From NCBI RefSeq assembly GCF_963921235.1, contig NC_086097.1:146694001-146758000 (forward strand): a stretch of 64,000 bases of DNA, read 5' to 3'. The notes below the pieces were generated by a model. The model was not told where the DNA came from. It did not search any database and saw nothing but the letters and a program-made list of their open reading frames with translations. The position numbers were made by a program, and so were the translations under genes. Positions within the stretch are counted from its first letter, which is position 1. Every line of letters starts with the position of its first letter. Shown here piece by piece: positions 37,905 to 51,180 of this stretch. This DNA is from Mobula hypostoma. Lineage: Eukaryota.

Positions 37905-38850
37905 TTAACAGCACATTACAGACCCTTTGGTCCACAATGTTGTGCTGACCACGTAGCCTACTCGAGAGACTTCCTAGAATTTCCCTAGTGCATAGCCCTC
38001 TGTTTTTCCATGTACTCATCTAAGAGTCTCTTAAAGACCCTATTGTATCCACTTCCACAGCTGCCGCCGGCAGTGCATTCCACGCACCCACCACTCTCTG
38101 TGTGGAAAAACCTACTCCTGACATCCCCTTGGTACCCATTTCCAAGCACCTTAAAACTGTGCCCCCTTGGGTTAGTCATTTCAGCCCTGGGTAAAAGCCG
38201 CTGGCTATCCACATGATCAATGACCCTCAATCCACGGAAATCCTTCTCTGTGGATTGTCACCTTGTCATGGTGGAGAAGCTTGTGTGGCCCTGTGATCCC
38301 CAGAGCAATGTCGTCTGGAGCTATGCTCCTGGTAGGGTCACCCATGGTGGTAAGGTCGAGGGTGAGATCCCTGACAAAGAACAATCCAACCAAGACCTCA
38401 ATGGTGGAACAGACGGATGAATTTACTTCGAACTCAACGGCTGTGAAGGCAGGTGAAGGCTGCAACAAATCCATCAGCTCCAGTTGTCGTGGTTTCCATG
38501 CCATTGGAATCATTTGGTTGATTTGTGAAGTATCATGTGCTTCTTGGAGTGCAACATCAAGTATGCGTTAAACAAATACACGCACAGGCATCTTCACTCT
38601 GTGGGCCACTTCAGAACGAAGACCATCATCCTCAACCTCGAGGGATAGCTATGACGATGACGACCCTCATCCTCTTATACACCTCTATCAGGTCACCTCT
38701 CATCCTCCATCGCTCCAAGGAAAAAAAGCCAAGTTCACTCAACCTATTCTCATATGCCCTCCAATCCAGGCAACATCCTTGTAAATTTCCTCTGCACTCT
38801 CTCTATAATATTCACATCCTTCCTGTAATGAGGTGACTGGAACTAAACAT
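37905..38850 (-). mobile_element. CR1 3' fragment interrupted by an RTE derivative
   Basis: ORF 37985..38230 MRVIDHVDSQRLLPRAEMTNPRGHSFKVLG, same subfamily as 10690-11242. Confidence 0.9.
38230..38661 (+). mobile_element. Short bipartite non-autonomous RTE derivative
   Basis: TSD gaccctca at 38222-38229 and 38662-38669; 5' part resembles an RTE (Expander/Rex3-type) 5' UTR (gtcaccttgtcatggtggag...cctggtagggtcacccatgg); (ATGACG)n tail. Confidence 0.82.
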
Positions 38851-40384
38851 AATACTATTTAAAAGACATTCAGATAAGTTCATGGATAGCAAGTATTTAG
38901 AGGGATACGGGCCACACACAAGCAAATAAGTCTAGCTCAGACAGACATGAAGAAGTTCAGCTGAAGAGGCTGTTTCTATGTTGTATAATTCTGTGATTAT
39001 GACTTTACAGTACTTGCTGAATTTTTTATAATCTCTTTATCAAATCAGCATTTTTATTTTTAGAAGATTTATCTTTGTAAATAGAACTATTGTGCTAGCA
39101 TTTGATCTCACAATCTGGAAACAGAATTACCGCCTACTATAACTGAGTGACATGGAAAATTTGGCTTTGGTACAGGTTTGTGTAAATCATTTCATATCCT
39201 AATAACTTCTTGCAAGCAAAGTATTTGTTCCAACGAACCCATGATTATTTTTTGGTGCTAATGCTTTAAGTTCTTTTGTTGAATAAGGAAAATTTCCTTT
39301 GGTATAGAAATTCTCATTATGTTATTTTATAATTTTTATTTCCTTAATGTACACCTACTCTAAAAAAGACCACAGTTCAGGCATGCTCCATTCAGAAAAG
39401 GAAAATCTAAAGAGCTATAAATAAGAAAGCAACAGATCCCTGTTGTATTGATTTTTATGACTATTGATTTTGCACTTTCGTAATATGTTTTATTCACGAG
39501 ATATTATTCTCTTAATGTCCATTCTATGAATTGTGCACATAAAATTTGAGCTCTATATCAATAAATCATTACTGTAACTACTAAATGCTGAGAGCAATTC
39601 ATTTCTGTATCATTCCTTTAAAGGGCAATTAATATATTGCAACAAAAAGTTGGAGGTGGCATTTCTTAATATTTAGAGCGTGCAGTCCTTTGACACACTG
39701 GAGTTGAGTAGAAGTGGTAAATCATCCAGTTGCAAGGTTAATTGGTTATATTGTAGACCAAAACTATTGGGTGAATACTTTATAGAACAAATCTCAAACT
39801 CTTCTTGATAGGTGGATTTTAAAAGTTTCCAAGTTAAAATGCTAAGATTGATAATATTAATGTAAAGCCAGTTTGCTTGACTGAAAAGGATGGTATACTA
39901 GTATGCTTTGAGAGAAATCTGCACCACTTGGTCTGGGCCTCTTATGACTTTTGCCACACATCACTGTTAACTGGCCAGAGAAATAACTGGATTGTTCTTA
40001 CTTAGAACAAGAATAGATTTGATGGATCAAATGGCCTCTTTCAATGCAGTTTCTTTGTACTTTCTGAAGTAGCTTTGTAAGTTTTAGTTGTTCTTTCAAA
40101 CTGGAAACATCGTCTGTATCTTTGGGCATCTAGGGATATCAACATGCATCATCTTTGCATGGGAACCAAGAGTTAGCCTGTTGTGAACCCAGACTGAAAA
40201 TCTATGCTGGATTGGTTTAAATATTGCTAATAATAGCATCTCAAGACCTGGTAGATTTATGACCCATTGCACACAGGAGGTATCCTAATGGTTTAGATGC
40301 TGTACATGTCTTATTAGTTATTACAAAACCTGAGCCCATCTCAGGTGATTGACAGCAAATTCAAAACACAAGACCTTCTGCAGA

Positions 40385-40485
40385 GGCTGAACACACAGGT
40401 GCCTGAGGGACCCAGCAGCTCAGGCAACAACTATGGAGAGGAATAAACAGTCGACATTTTGGGCCACGGTCTTTCATCAGGACTC
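40385..40485 (-). mobile_element. Solo Penelope pLTR fragment
   Basis: Minus strand reads agtcctgatgaaagaccgtggcccaaaatgtcgactgttt. Confidence 0.7.
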
Positions 40486-41329
40486 ATTTCTAGCCTGGAC
40501 TGTAGAATGGTGAAATGCATGGACACATATCTGAAGCTATGTGAATTCTTGATGCAGATAAATTCCATGAAGGGCAAGAAGAGGCCACAATTGCAAGTTA
40601 CAGGAAATGAAATGATCACTTATGAGAGGTATGGAAAGACTGCAATATCTAAAAATTTGTTCCAGCAAATATAAATGGAATTACCCTTGATCAAAAGTAA
40701 ATGATGTAAAAGGGAAAATTAAATACACTAAAAAATGAAATAGCAGTGCACCAATTACCAAAATGTAGCATCTGCAAGGGAAATATTAAAGATCCTTCAG
40801 GCTGTGAACTCGGTTTAGCAATTCCAATCCGTTTCTTCTATACCATCAAGGCTTAACTTCCTGATAGTGTTAATATTGACACAGTCCAATTTAAAAAAGC
40901 ATTCTCACAGCTGAATCCAAAAGCTGAGGATTCAACTCTTGTTTAAACTTGACCTCATCGATTAGGTTGATACATTAGTCCAGCAGCTTTGTGCTTTTAG
41001 AGATGTTATTTCAAGATAAATCATCATCTACCTGGATATTAAAGTTGCATAACATTGTGGCTGGGGTGAAGTCGGGGGGGGGGGTGGGGAGCCCAAAGAG
41101 CTTTTCAAATGTCATCAGCAACATTCCTCCAGCAAACAGAATTGCTCATAAAACAGGGTGTTGGTGGAATATTCCTTTGGGAATATTGAGTGAAACTTAC
41201 ATAACAAGAGTGAGTACTGATCAAAATGTAGTTGAGTATGGTAAATGTGTTTTTGAATAATTTAAAGTTGTTAAAGATAAATTAAGTGTTACTTTCTTAA
41301 GTCTTCTGCAGATTTTGCTAATGAGTTCT

Positions 41330-44165
41330 CTGTGTATTTAATATTTCAGTAATATTTGAGTAATATTGTAAATATATTGTTGATTCTTTTTTTTAAATAA
41401 TTATCGATTATATGTAAAAGTACATGAATGGATACAATATTATGCCACCATGACATAAGTGTACACCTCACTAAAGAAAGCAACAATGTGTACACACACT
41501 TGTTGGGCTCCCTTGATGTTCTTTCAATTAGTTTTGATGTTACAAAAAAAACTGGAGATAAATAAGTTTAAAATGAACCTGAGTCGACTACTTACCTGTT
41601 GAAGCACAGCGAGACATTCCAGTTTAAAAATAAAAGTGCAGTGAGATGTACAAGTTTAAAAAAAAATTACAGCATGCAAGCTTTGGAAAAGAAGAGATGG
41701 TTGAGTTAAAAAAAAGCAGAAAACAGGCAAAATTCATGGTTTCATAAACAGTAAATCCAGGGTGATAATAACAATAAATTTTAAAAAAAGAAGAAATGGC
41801 TGGCTGCATCAGAAAGACAGATGCATTTGGATACACAAGGGATAACTAGTTGATGTATGCTGAGTGAAATGAGCACTATTTAGAAGCAAATGAAATAGCC
41901 ATTGCAAAGTGAGTGCCAGTTTTGTTGAGTGCATTGGGTGGAAAGGCATACAGTTTACTTAGAAGTTTGACTGCTTGAACCAAACCAGCCAAAATTAGCT
42001 TTGCTGATATCATTAAATTAATGTAAGAACATTTAAAACCACAAACAGTTTTGATTTCAAAATGCTTTAGGTTTCATCAGTGGAATCAAAAGGAAGGGGA
42101 GTCCACTTCAACTTATGTGGCTGAGTTGAAGCGATTGACTGAACATTGTCAGTCCAGTGATGGGTTTAATGATGCACTGACTGATCAGTTAGTTTATGGA
42201 ATCTTGCAAGAGAGCATTCAAAAATGGCTCCTAACTGAAGCACAACTTACATTTAAAACAATAGTTGAAATAGCAGTATCAATGGAAACTACAGACAAAG
42301 ACGCAGTTGAGCTGCAGTCATGAAAGAAAGTGAGCATGAACAAAGTTGCAACATCTAAGCTGAAACCCGCCTGGCCAAACAAATTACAATAGCATTGTGG
42401 TTGGGGCTCACATACACCAGACTAGTGCAGATTAAAATGCCAAACCTACAAAAAATGAAGCAAAGTAGGAAAAATACAAAGAGCAAATTGGGCAGACAAA
42501 TATAAATGGACTGCACAGAGAAGAGAAAAAGATTTTTAAAAATCGAGTCGCAGTTTCAAGTAGAGCACTAGTCTGCATGCTGTTGATGAAAAATCTGATA
42601 ATGATGAGAATGACACAGAACTGTGTAACCTTGAGATTTACAGTGTGAAAACTAACAGTAGATAACCAATAGGGCTTTCACCAGAAGTGAACACCAGATT
42701 AATGAAAATGGAATTGGACACAGGTTTGACTATTTGTCATTCCACAAAATGAGTTTGAATGGCATTTCAGAGATACTGAAATGAAGCCTGCGGAAATTCC
42801 ATTAAGAAGTTATACTAGAGAAAATGTGTTGAGAGAATTCAAGCAGTGGTGGATATTCCAAAGTCAATGGACATATTACAGTTGTGGTCCTTTTTAGGAT
42901 TTATCATTAATATAACAGGTTCCTGCCCAACCTGGCTACTGTGCTCCACCCTTTCATTTAACTTCTACAGACTGGGAAGAAATGGTAATGGACAAAGTAT
43001 TGTGAGGTGGTTTTCCAAAAGACAATGGAACTGATGGCATGAGACATTATACTCACATATTATGATTCACATCATCCATTGAGGCCTACCTGTGACACCT
43101 TGCCTTATGGTACAGTTGCAGTTTCGTTACATGAGTGATGGAAGTGAATGCCCCACAGCATTTGTATCACGTTCTCTTACCACCGCACTGAAAAAATATA
43201 CACAGATTGACAGAAATATCTTAAGCCTGGTTTGGGGTGTAAAATGTTTTAACCAGTACGCGTATAGGAGGGAGTTTACCCTCATTACTGATCATCACCA
43301 CTAGTGTCCATTTTCAATCTACAGAAGGGTGTTCCAAATAGCAACAGGACAAATGCAGAGATGGGCTCTGTTTCTTGGAGGACACAATTACAAGATTGAA
43401 TTCAAGAGGATAACTAATCATAGAAATGCTGATGGATTGTCCTGTTTACCCTTGCAAAAGGAAATACAGTACTTGAAAAATTTACAAAAGAGGACACTCC
43501 TCGACTTATTCTCCTAATGCAAATCTCCCTATTAGTCATAATTAGTCTTCTAATTATGTCAGAGATGATCCAAAGTGAAACTAGAAAAGACACCACACCG
43601 TCTCAGGTCTATATGGCCATGCAAAATGACTGGAATGAGCAGCAGAAATTCCAGTTCCCCCATTTTTCCCAGTGGTGGGATGAACTTGCCCTTGATGGAG
43701 GGTGCCTTGTGTGGGGGTTAAGAGTTGATTTACCATCCAAGCTGAGAATTAAAGTGTTGAAGGAGCTGCAGTACTTGCCAGTCATCTTGGCATGGTCAAA
43801 ATGAAATCATTGGTCTGAAGCTTTGTCTAGTAGCCTGAGACAGATCAGTTTATTGAGCAGCATGCCAAGCACTGCTCAGGATGACAACACGTGCAGACGA
43901 TGCCAAGAACAGCACCTCTCCATCCTCGGGAATCGTCTGTATTGCTTTGGCAGAGAATTCATGTGAATTTTACCAGACCATCAATGGGCACAAATTTCCT
44001 AGTAGTAGTGGATGCAGCTACAAAGTGGCCAGAAGTGTTCCCAATAGTTTCCACTGCAGCTTTGTTCACTGTTGATGTGTTGTGAAGCCTCTTCTCAAGG
44101 ACTGGTGTTTCAGGACTGGTGTTTCAGAACTCTTAGTCAGTGACAATGGAACACTGTTTATTGCA
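41330..44165 (+). mobile_element. Decayed Ty3/Gypsy retrotransposon (5' LTR, gag, protease, RNase H, partial integrase; RT largely deleted)
   Basis: gag RFHQWNQKEGESTSTYVAELKRLTEHC; protease MELDTG (~42708-42725); RNase H AFVSRSLT...LVWGVKCFNQY...FTLITDH; integrase WQRIHVNF...FLVVVDAATKWPEV; probable LTR ~41330-41552; no 3' LTR seen. Confidence 0.9.
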
Positions 44166-44184
44166 AAATTGCTTTCATAGACTG

Positions 44185-44385
44185 ACAGGTTGGAATGGGA
44201 ACTCTCCTTCCCATTCCCATTCCAACATGTCAGTCCATGGCCTTCTTTACAGCCTTGATGAGGCCAACCTCAGGTTGGAGGAGCAACACCTTATATTCTG
44301 TCTGGGTAGCCTCCAACCTGATGGCATGAACATTGATTTCTCAAATTTCTGATAATTGCCCCTCCCCCACCTCCTTTTCTCTTTA
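44185..44385 (+). mobile_element. Penelope GIY-YIG C-terminal fragment
   Basis: SHSHSNMSVHGLL...RLEEQHLIFCLGSLQPDGMNIDFSNF. Confidence 0.85.
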
Positions 44386-45639
44386 AGGTGTTGGATAACA
44401 TGCAAAAATGCAGTCATCTTCACATTTTTTATATTCATGATGAAAAATTGTACCAGTTGACGATGAAGTTTTACTTACCCACAAAGAGAATAGAATTGGT
44501 TTAACAGGACAACATTTATGGCCGCAAGCAGTGATAGAAATCTCTTGGCAGAAAAATTAAAGGAGTGCCATTGATAATAAATTATGTGGCTTAAATTATG
44601 AATTTTCATTGAAATCCAATATCCTGTGTATTATATTAGATTATTATTTAAACTCTAATGTTTTCCTTTTACTGAATTGATAGTTTGAATAGAACTGTAA
44701 TTCTTAGAATTATAAAAAAAACTGATCAAGCATAAAAGAAAGCTACTTGATTCATCATCAATGTACCATATTGAAAAAATTCTATCCAACCTAACACTAC
44801 CTTCCGTGAGGAGGTCTGAAGCCTACATCTTGATGCATAAACATATGTGGTTGTATGGTACATAATAGTAGAGTGGAACTAGATGATTCTACTGTATCAT
44901 TTATTGATATGCGTTGTTGTATCTCTGGACTTGCCATGAATTTTTATTTTGAGTTAAACATATGAAGCTCTTATTAAATCAAGGGCAAGATGCTCTTTTC
45001 AAATGTCTAGACAAGGTTGTGTTTTATGTCAATTAGATCAAATGGTATCCAAGTTTGAGGAATCCTCTTTAACCTGTCTCACGTCTATTATTAATCTCCA
45101 CTTAGCCTGATTGTCTGCAGTTGCAACACACTTAAGATATTGCATACCATCTTCAATTCAAAATTATTTCATTTGACTGGCATGGAATATCATTTCTGCA
45201 GCTTATACTGTACTGCAGAATGAAAGAAAGAGGGCAACTAAAGATTGGCAATGATCATCAAACTGTCTAGCAACATGCACACTCAGCAAATTAAAAAGTG
45301 GGAGCAGTTCCCCTGTTCCTATGCCAACTCTTCATTAATTAACTTCTCCATCATACTACCTAAAGTCCATTTCAATAATCACTTATGAGATGATCCTTCT
45401 GAAATCACTTCCAAATAGTATTTTAAAATAGACATCCCTCTTTACTTCTTCCACAGTTTAACTTTCAAATTCAAAGTTCACCATATACAACCATGAGATT
45501 TATTTTCTTGTGGGCATTCACAGTAAATACAAAGCAACACACAAGAATCAATGAAAGACAGTACCCAACAGGACAGACAAACAACCAATGTGCAAAATAC
45601 CACAAACTGTGCAAATACAATATTAATAATTATAATTAT

Positions 45640-46030
45640 AATTATTTAGTACTACAGGATAAACAAGCAAGAACAACTTATTTAATAGATATAGCCATTC
45701 CAAACAGACAAAAACATACAGGAAATCAATAAGTGAAAATCATCAGAAATATTCTGAACTAAAAGAAGAAATTGAATGACCTTGGAATATGAACCAGGTA
45801 TACATTGCCTCGATAGTGATATATACAACTGGTGTCATCCCAAAGGCATAGCACAGTAACATTAAACAATTAGGGTTACACAGCAATATCTATGTAAACC
45901 TTCAGAAAGCCCCAATGCTAAACACCACTAGAATGGTCCAAAAGTTCCTAACAATTGACAACTGAGTGTGCTTGGGCATGCCACACCTCAGGTTCTACTA
46001 GCTTGAAATGAGAAAATATAAACAATAAAA
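45640..46030 (+). mobile_element. R4/Dong-type non-LTR element 3' end (restriction-like endonuclease)
   Basis: LVLQDKQARTTYLIDIAIPN...KYSELKEEIE*(L)WNMNQVYI...TTGVIPK...LQKAPMLNTTRMVQKFL; flanked by TAA/AT-rich sequence. Confidence 0.8.
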
Positions 46031-47024
46031 ATAACTAAATAAACAAACAAATTAATGTATTAATTAACAATAAATGTTGAGTGCGTGAGATGAAGAGTCT
46101 TTGAAAGTGAGTCCCTAAGTTGAGGAAACAGTTCGGTGATGGGGTGAGTGAAGTTGAATGAAGTTATTCCCTCTGGTTCAAGAGTCTGATGGTTGAAGGG
46201 TAATAACTATTTCTGAACCTGCTGGTGTGGTTCCTGAGGCTCCCGTACCCGCTTCCTGATGGCAGCAGCAAGAAGAGAGCAAGGCCTGGATGGTGGAGGG
46301 CCTTGATATGAATGCTGCTTTCCTGTGATAGCGCTCCATCAAGATGTACTTAGTGGTGGGGGAGCCTTTCTCTATGATGGACTGGGCTGTATCCACAACT
46401 TTTCTGGTTTATCCATTCAAGGACATTGGTGTTTCCATATCAGGCCCTGAAGCAAACAATCAATATATTCTCCATCACACATCATTAAAAATTTGTCAAA
46501 GTTTTAGGTGACATGCAGAATCTTTGCAAACTTCTAAAAGTAGAGTCACTGCCAGACTTTTTTTGTAATGGCACTTAACGTGCTGGACCCAAGGAAGATC
46601 TTCTGAAATGATAACACAGGAATTTAAAGTAGCTGACTCACTCTATCTGTGATTCCCTAGAGAGGACTGTCTCATGGACCTGTGGTTTCCTCCTCCTATG
46701 GTCAATAATACCTTCCGTGGTCTTGCTGACATTGAGTGACAGGTTGGTCCTATAGCACCTCCAAGCCAGATTTTCAATCTCCCTTCTATATACTGATTTG
46801 TCACCATCTTTAATTCAGCTAACAACGAGGATGTCATAGGCAAACTTCATAATGTCATTGGTGCTGTGCTCAGTCTCAAAGTCATATGTATAAAGTGAGT
46901 AGAGCAGAGAGCTAAGTAAACAGCCTTGTGGGGCATCTGTGCTGATGGAGATTGTGGAGGAGATATTTTTGCCAATCCAAACTTGCAAGGTCTGCAAGTG
47001 AGGAAATCGAGGATCGAGGGCAAT

Positions 47025-49195
47025 GTTACAAAAGTCCTAGCAGATTTCAATATGCAGGTAGATTGGGAAAATTGGGTCGGTGTTGGATTCCAGGAGAGGG
47101 AATTTCTTGGGTACCTGCGAGATGATTGTTCAAAACAGTTAGTGGTTGAGACCACTAGGGGATCAGCTATTCTGGATTGTGATATATACATCCCAAAGAG
47201 GAAGTATTCTAAAAGAAAGATGACACAACGGTGGCTAATAAGAGAAGTCAAAGCCAACATAAAAGCCAAAGAGAGGGTTTATAATAGAGCAAAAATTAGT
47301 GGGAAGATAGAGGATTGAGAAGCTTTCAAAAGCCAACAGAAGGCAACAAAAAGGTAAAGATGGAATATGAAAGTAAGATAGCCAATAATATTAAAGACGA
47401 TACCAAAAGTTTCTTCAGACACATAAAGTGTAAAAGTGAGGTGAGAGTAAATATCGGACTGCTGGAGAACAATGCTGGAGAGTGGTAATGGGGGACAATG
47501 AAATCATGGATGAACTGAACAAGTATTTTGCATCATTCTTCACTGTGGAAGACACTGGCAGGATGGTGGAAGTTCCAGGTGTCAGGGGTCACGAAGTATG
47601 TAAAGTTACTATAACTAGAGAGAAGGTTCTTGGTAAACTAAAAGGTCTAAAGGTAGATTAGTCACCTGGACCAGATGGTGTACACTCGAGGTTCTGAAAG
47701 AGGTGGCTGAAGAGATTGTGGAAGCATTAGAAATGATCTTTCAAGAATCACTAGATTCTGGAATGGTTCTGGAAGACTGGAAAATTGCAAATGTCACTCC
47801 ACTCTTCAAGAAGGGAGAAAGGCAGAAGAAAGGAAACTTTAGGCCAGTTAGTCTGACCTCAGTGGTTCGGAAGATGTTGGAGTTGATTATTAAGGATGAG
47901 GTCTCAGGGTACTTGGAGGCACCTGGTAAAATAGGGTGTAGTCAGCGTAGTTTCCTTAAGGGAAATTCTTGCCTGACAAATATGTTGGATTTCTTTGAAG
48001 AAATAACAAGCAGAATAAACAAAGAGAATCACTTGATGTTGTGTACTTGGATTTTCAGAAGGCCTTTGACAAAGTGCCACACATGCTTAACAAGCTATGA
48101 CCCCATGGTACTACAGGAAAGATTCTAGCATGAAAAAAACAGTGGCTGATTGGCAGGAAGCAAAGACTGGTTGGTTGTCAGTGACTAGTGGTGTTCCACA
48201 GGGGTCTGTGATGTGACTGATTCTTCTTACATTATATGTCTATGTTTTAGATGATGGAATTGATGGCTTTGTTGCAAAGTTTGCAAATCATATGAAGATA
48301 GGTGGAGGGACAGGTAGTTTTGAAGAAGTAGAGAGGCTACAGAAGGACAGGCAGATTAGAATTGGAAAAGAAATGGCAGGTGGAATACAGCGTCAGGAAG
48401 TGTATGGTCATGCACTTTGGTAGAAGAAATGAAAGGATTGACTATTTTCTAAATGGAGAGAAAATATAAAATACTGAGGCTCAAAGGTACTTGGGAGTCC
48501 TTGTGCAGGATTCCCTAAAGGTTAATTTGTAGGTTGAGTCTGTGGTGAGGAAGGCAAATGCAATGCTAACATTAATTTCAAGAGGATCAGAATATAAAAA
48601 CAAGGATGTAATGTTGAGACTTTATAAAGTACTGGTGAGGCCTTACTTGGAGTATTATGAGCAGTTTTGGGCCCCTACTTAGAAAGGATGTGTTGAAACT
48701 GGAGAGGGTTCAAAGGAGTTTCACAAAAATTATTCCAGGATTGAGTGCATGTCGTATGAAGAGTGTTTGATGGGTCTGGGCCTGCATTCTCTAGAATTCA
48801 GAAGGAGAAGCAATCTAATTAGAACCTATTGAATGGTGAAAGGCATTGATATTGTGGATGTGGAGAGGATGTTTCCTTTCGTGGGAAAGTCTAAGAACAA
48901 AGGACACAGCCTCGGAATTAGAGGGGCATCCTTTTAGAATGGAAATGAGGAGGAATTTCTTTAGCCAGAGAGTGGTGAATCTTTGGAATTCTTTACCACA
49001 GGCAGCTGTGAAGGCCAAAGCATTATGTATATTTAAGGAAGAGGTTGATAGATTCTTGATTGGTCAGGGCATGCAGGGATATGGGGAAAAGGCAGGAGAT
49101 TGAGGATGAGAGGAAATTTGGACCAGCCATGATGAAATGGCAGAGAAGACTCAATGAGCCAAATTGCCTAATCCTGCTCCTATATCTTATGATCC
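47025..49195 (+). mobile_element. CR1 LINE ORF2 and 3' end (internally deleted)
   Basis: ADFNMQVDW (endonuclease), RT motifs in 47703..48128, RRNFFSQRVVNLWNSLP, tail cctatatcttatgatc. Confidence 0.95.
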
Positions 49196-49599
49196 TGTGG
49201 AAATGACATCTGTTGTGGACCTGTTGCAACAGTAGGCAAAGTGGGGTAGATCCAAGTCACTCCTTGGGCGTGAGTTGATATGCTTTATCACCAGCTTTTC
49301 AGACACTTCATCACTATGTATGTAAGTACTATTGGATGATAGTCATTACCACCTTTGTCTTAGTAACCAGTATAATTGAAGTCTCCTTGAAGCAGGTTGG
49401 AACCGCAGACAGTTGAAGCAAGATGTTAAAGATATCAGTGAACACGCTTAGTAATTAGAATGGTCAGCACTTCATCATTAGATGTTCTAGGTCATTGGAA
49501 CAAGAGTTAGGTTAACTTTCACATCAAACCCAACTTTTGTCGTTGAGCCTACTAAGGAATCAGCTATACTGGATTGGGTGTTAGATGGAATTAGAGATC

Positions 49600-50142
49600 T
49601 GCACAGATCTGTATATCAGAGAGACTAAACAACCATTTCACAAACTGATGGTCCAATGTCAGAGGGCTAACACCTCAGGTCAAGACTCAGCTGTATATTG
49701 ACACCTAAAGGACAAGGGTCACGCCTTTGATGATGACAATGTGCACATTTTGGACAGAGAGGACAGGTGGTTTGAAAGAAGGGTTAAGAAACCCATCCCT
49801 GAACAGAGGGGGTGGGGTTCAACACCACCAATCAGCTACTTACAATGCAGTCCTAACATCTCTACACCAGCATCTCCACAACAGTTCACGCCTCCATTCA
49901 TGCAAAGATAAGACTAATGACCCTCTCATTACCTCTACAACTCTTAATGATCCTCATGTGATTGCTATACAGTTAAACAATTCAGTTTATAAGCTGAAAA
50001 ACTACCCACCATGGATCAGACCTGAAGAATCCTCTTGGATGAGTGGTGAAACATCTTCTAGACAAAACAGCAAGTTCAGTTGCCTTGATTTACTACTTCT
50101 TGATATACAATGACCTGGATGACTGAGAACCTTCTTAGACAT
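49600..50142 (+). mobile_element. Poseidon/Bridge-type Penelope-like element 3' end
   Basis: DLYIRETKQPFHK...RANTSGQDSAVY*HLKDKGHAFDDDNVHILDREDRWFER...PSLNRGGG; hammerhead-like ctgaaga(50022-50028)...gaaa(50048-50051); end atgacctggatgactgagaacctt. Confidence 0.88.
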
Positions 50143-50859
50143 TCTCATTCATCCTCAGATTCCACTTTGTCAATATTGTTGGTTCTATCAATACCTGTGC
50201 AAACTGCAGGTTTTTTGATTTATTTCTTGATCTTCTTGGGCTATCTACTTAAGCCCTATTCTGTGAGAATTAAGTAACATATAAACACATTGTGTTGGGC
50301 TTAAACAAGTTTACCATTTGCTGGCAGTTGAAACACCAACAGGGGCTTCCTCACTACTCAACTAACATCTGCACATTGCAAAAAGAAATTCAGGGATGAG
50401 TTGGATTTCAGATGCTCCATGGCTGGACTGAAAACAGATGTTCTGAGTTGAGGGAACCAGATGCACTTCACATGCAATCTTTCAGTTTTATGCCTGACAT
50501 TTGTCACACAGCACCATTCATTAGAAGTAAGGACAGAAAATACTGGAAACACTCAGCAGTTCAAGCAGTATTTTTGTAGCAAAGAACCACCACAGATCTG
50601 GGAACCTTCATGAGAACTCAACCCTACCATTGATAGGAAAGAAAAGTGATTATATTTCATTAATTTACCCTTTAATTGTGTTTAATTAATTTAAGCATCA
50701 TAGGGTCTCCTTAAGAAAAGTCATCATATTTTACTGGTTATCTTTTAAAATCAATTCCTTTTTAAAATGTGTAAATCTATTTGAATGGCTTTCAAGATCT
50801 ATCATTTATCAGGCACATTTAGAATAGTTTATAGATCCTTTCTAACAGCAAGCTGTTCA

Positions 50860-51180
50860 AAGTCATGAGGGCAGTGTACAAACTTCAAGGTAGGGAGGTA
50901 TCAAACACACAAAAGTACAGGTTTAAGTTGAGATGAGGGAGTTCTAAATGAGATTTGAGAGTTAAGTTTTTTTTATATTGAGAGTTGTTCACATCTGAAA
51001 CATGCTGCCAGAAGATGTGGTGGAATCACAACACCATTTTAAGAGACTTTTGGGCAAGTACTAAAGTAGACAAAGGCATATAAGAACATAATTTGTGCAA
51101 GAGGGATTAGAGCAGATGGGCAAATAATGTCAGCATGGATGTGTTGGGCCGAATGGCTGTACAGCTCTCTGACTCTTTCA
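50860..51180 (+). mobile_element. Old CR1 3' end
   Basis: Decayed CR1 3' motifs (aagttttttttatattgagagt, gcatggatgtgttgggccgaatggc). Confidence 0.65.

Larger units (their letters stand above)
45460..49450 (-). mobile_element. Rex1/Babar LINE 3' half with nested R4-type and CR1 insertions
   Basis: RT motifs ISTDAPQGCLLSSLLYSLYTYD...KFAYD (46815..46997) and VFTDIFNILLQLSAVPTCFK (~49385-49445); C-terminus MDTAQSII; tail at ~45460. Confidence 0.85.
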
